In this document: positions 63,838 through 64,000 of the stretch, one piece after another
Layout of the letters: every line of letters starts with the position of its first letter
How positions within the stretch are numbered: position 1 is the first letter of the stretch
From: Phoronis australis
Lineage: Eukaryota; Animalia; Phoronida
NCBI GenBank assembly: GCA_002633005.1
Contig: NMRA01000028.1
Coordinates: forward strand, 62,001 to 126,000
DNA length: 64,000 nt
Direction: 5' to 3'
Notes under the pieces: generated by a model
The model's database searches: none
What the model was told of the DNA's origin: nothing
Seen by the model: the letters and a program-made list of their open reading frames with translations, nothing else
Position numbers and translations under genes: made by a program

Positions 63838-64000
63838 GGCTCCATTTTGTTAGTTCACCATGTGTTCTTGTGTTCATGTTCAACCACAGCTCACTATGCT
63901 CTTCTGTTGGACTCTACTGCTTTTTATGAAATTAAGCTATTTGTCGCAAGAAATGCTTTCAGGTGTGGTTTATAAGGATTTAGGTGAAGTGTCCATTCTT

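Overview
Eukaryotic invertebrate genomic DNA, AT-rich with GT-AG introns and many non-autonomous transposons. The gene and repeat styles suggest a lophotrochozoan or mollusc (inference). Three protein-coding genes are supported. (1) An intronless 839-aa somatomedin-B-domain class-B (Methuselah/adhesion-like) GPCR at 4768-7287 (+); its 5' part is duplicated across an assembly gap. (2) A complete Sfmbt/MBTD1-family Polycomb gene (FCS zinc finger, 4 MBT repeats, SAM) at 14199-40986 (-). I rebuilt it by hand as 20 coding exons (2760 nt, 919 aa) with all intron phases consistent. (3) The first coding exon of a Mastermind-like Notch co-activator at 49112-49360 (+), followed by more than 14 kb of intron. 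The most notable observations are: a HINE/Helentron-like repeat family that places about 25-30 co-oriented CTCF-consensus-like motifs in the Sfmbt introns; tandem duplications that copy splice sites at three Sfmbt exon borders; a Mutator-like foldback element nested in a relative with a 9-bp TSD; and two orphan histone-type stem-loops. No prokaryotic system, CRISPR array, rRNA or bona fide tRNA was seen. All coordinates were read by eye.
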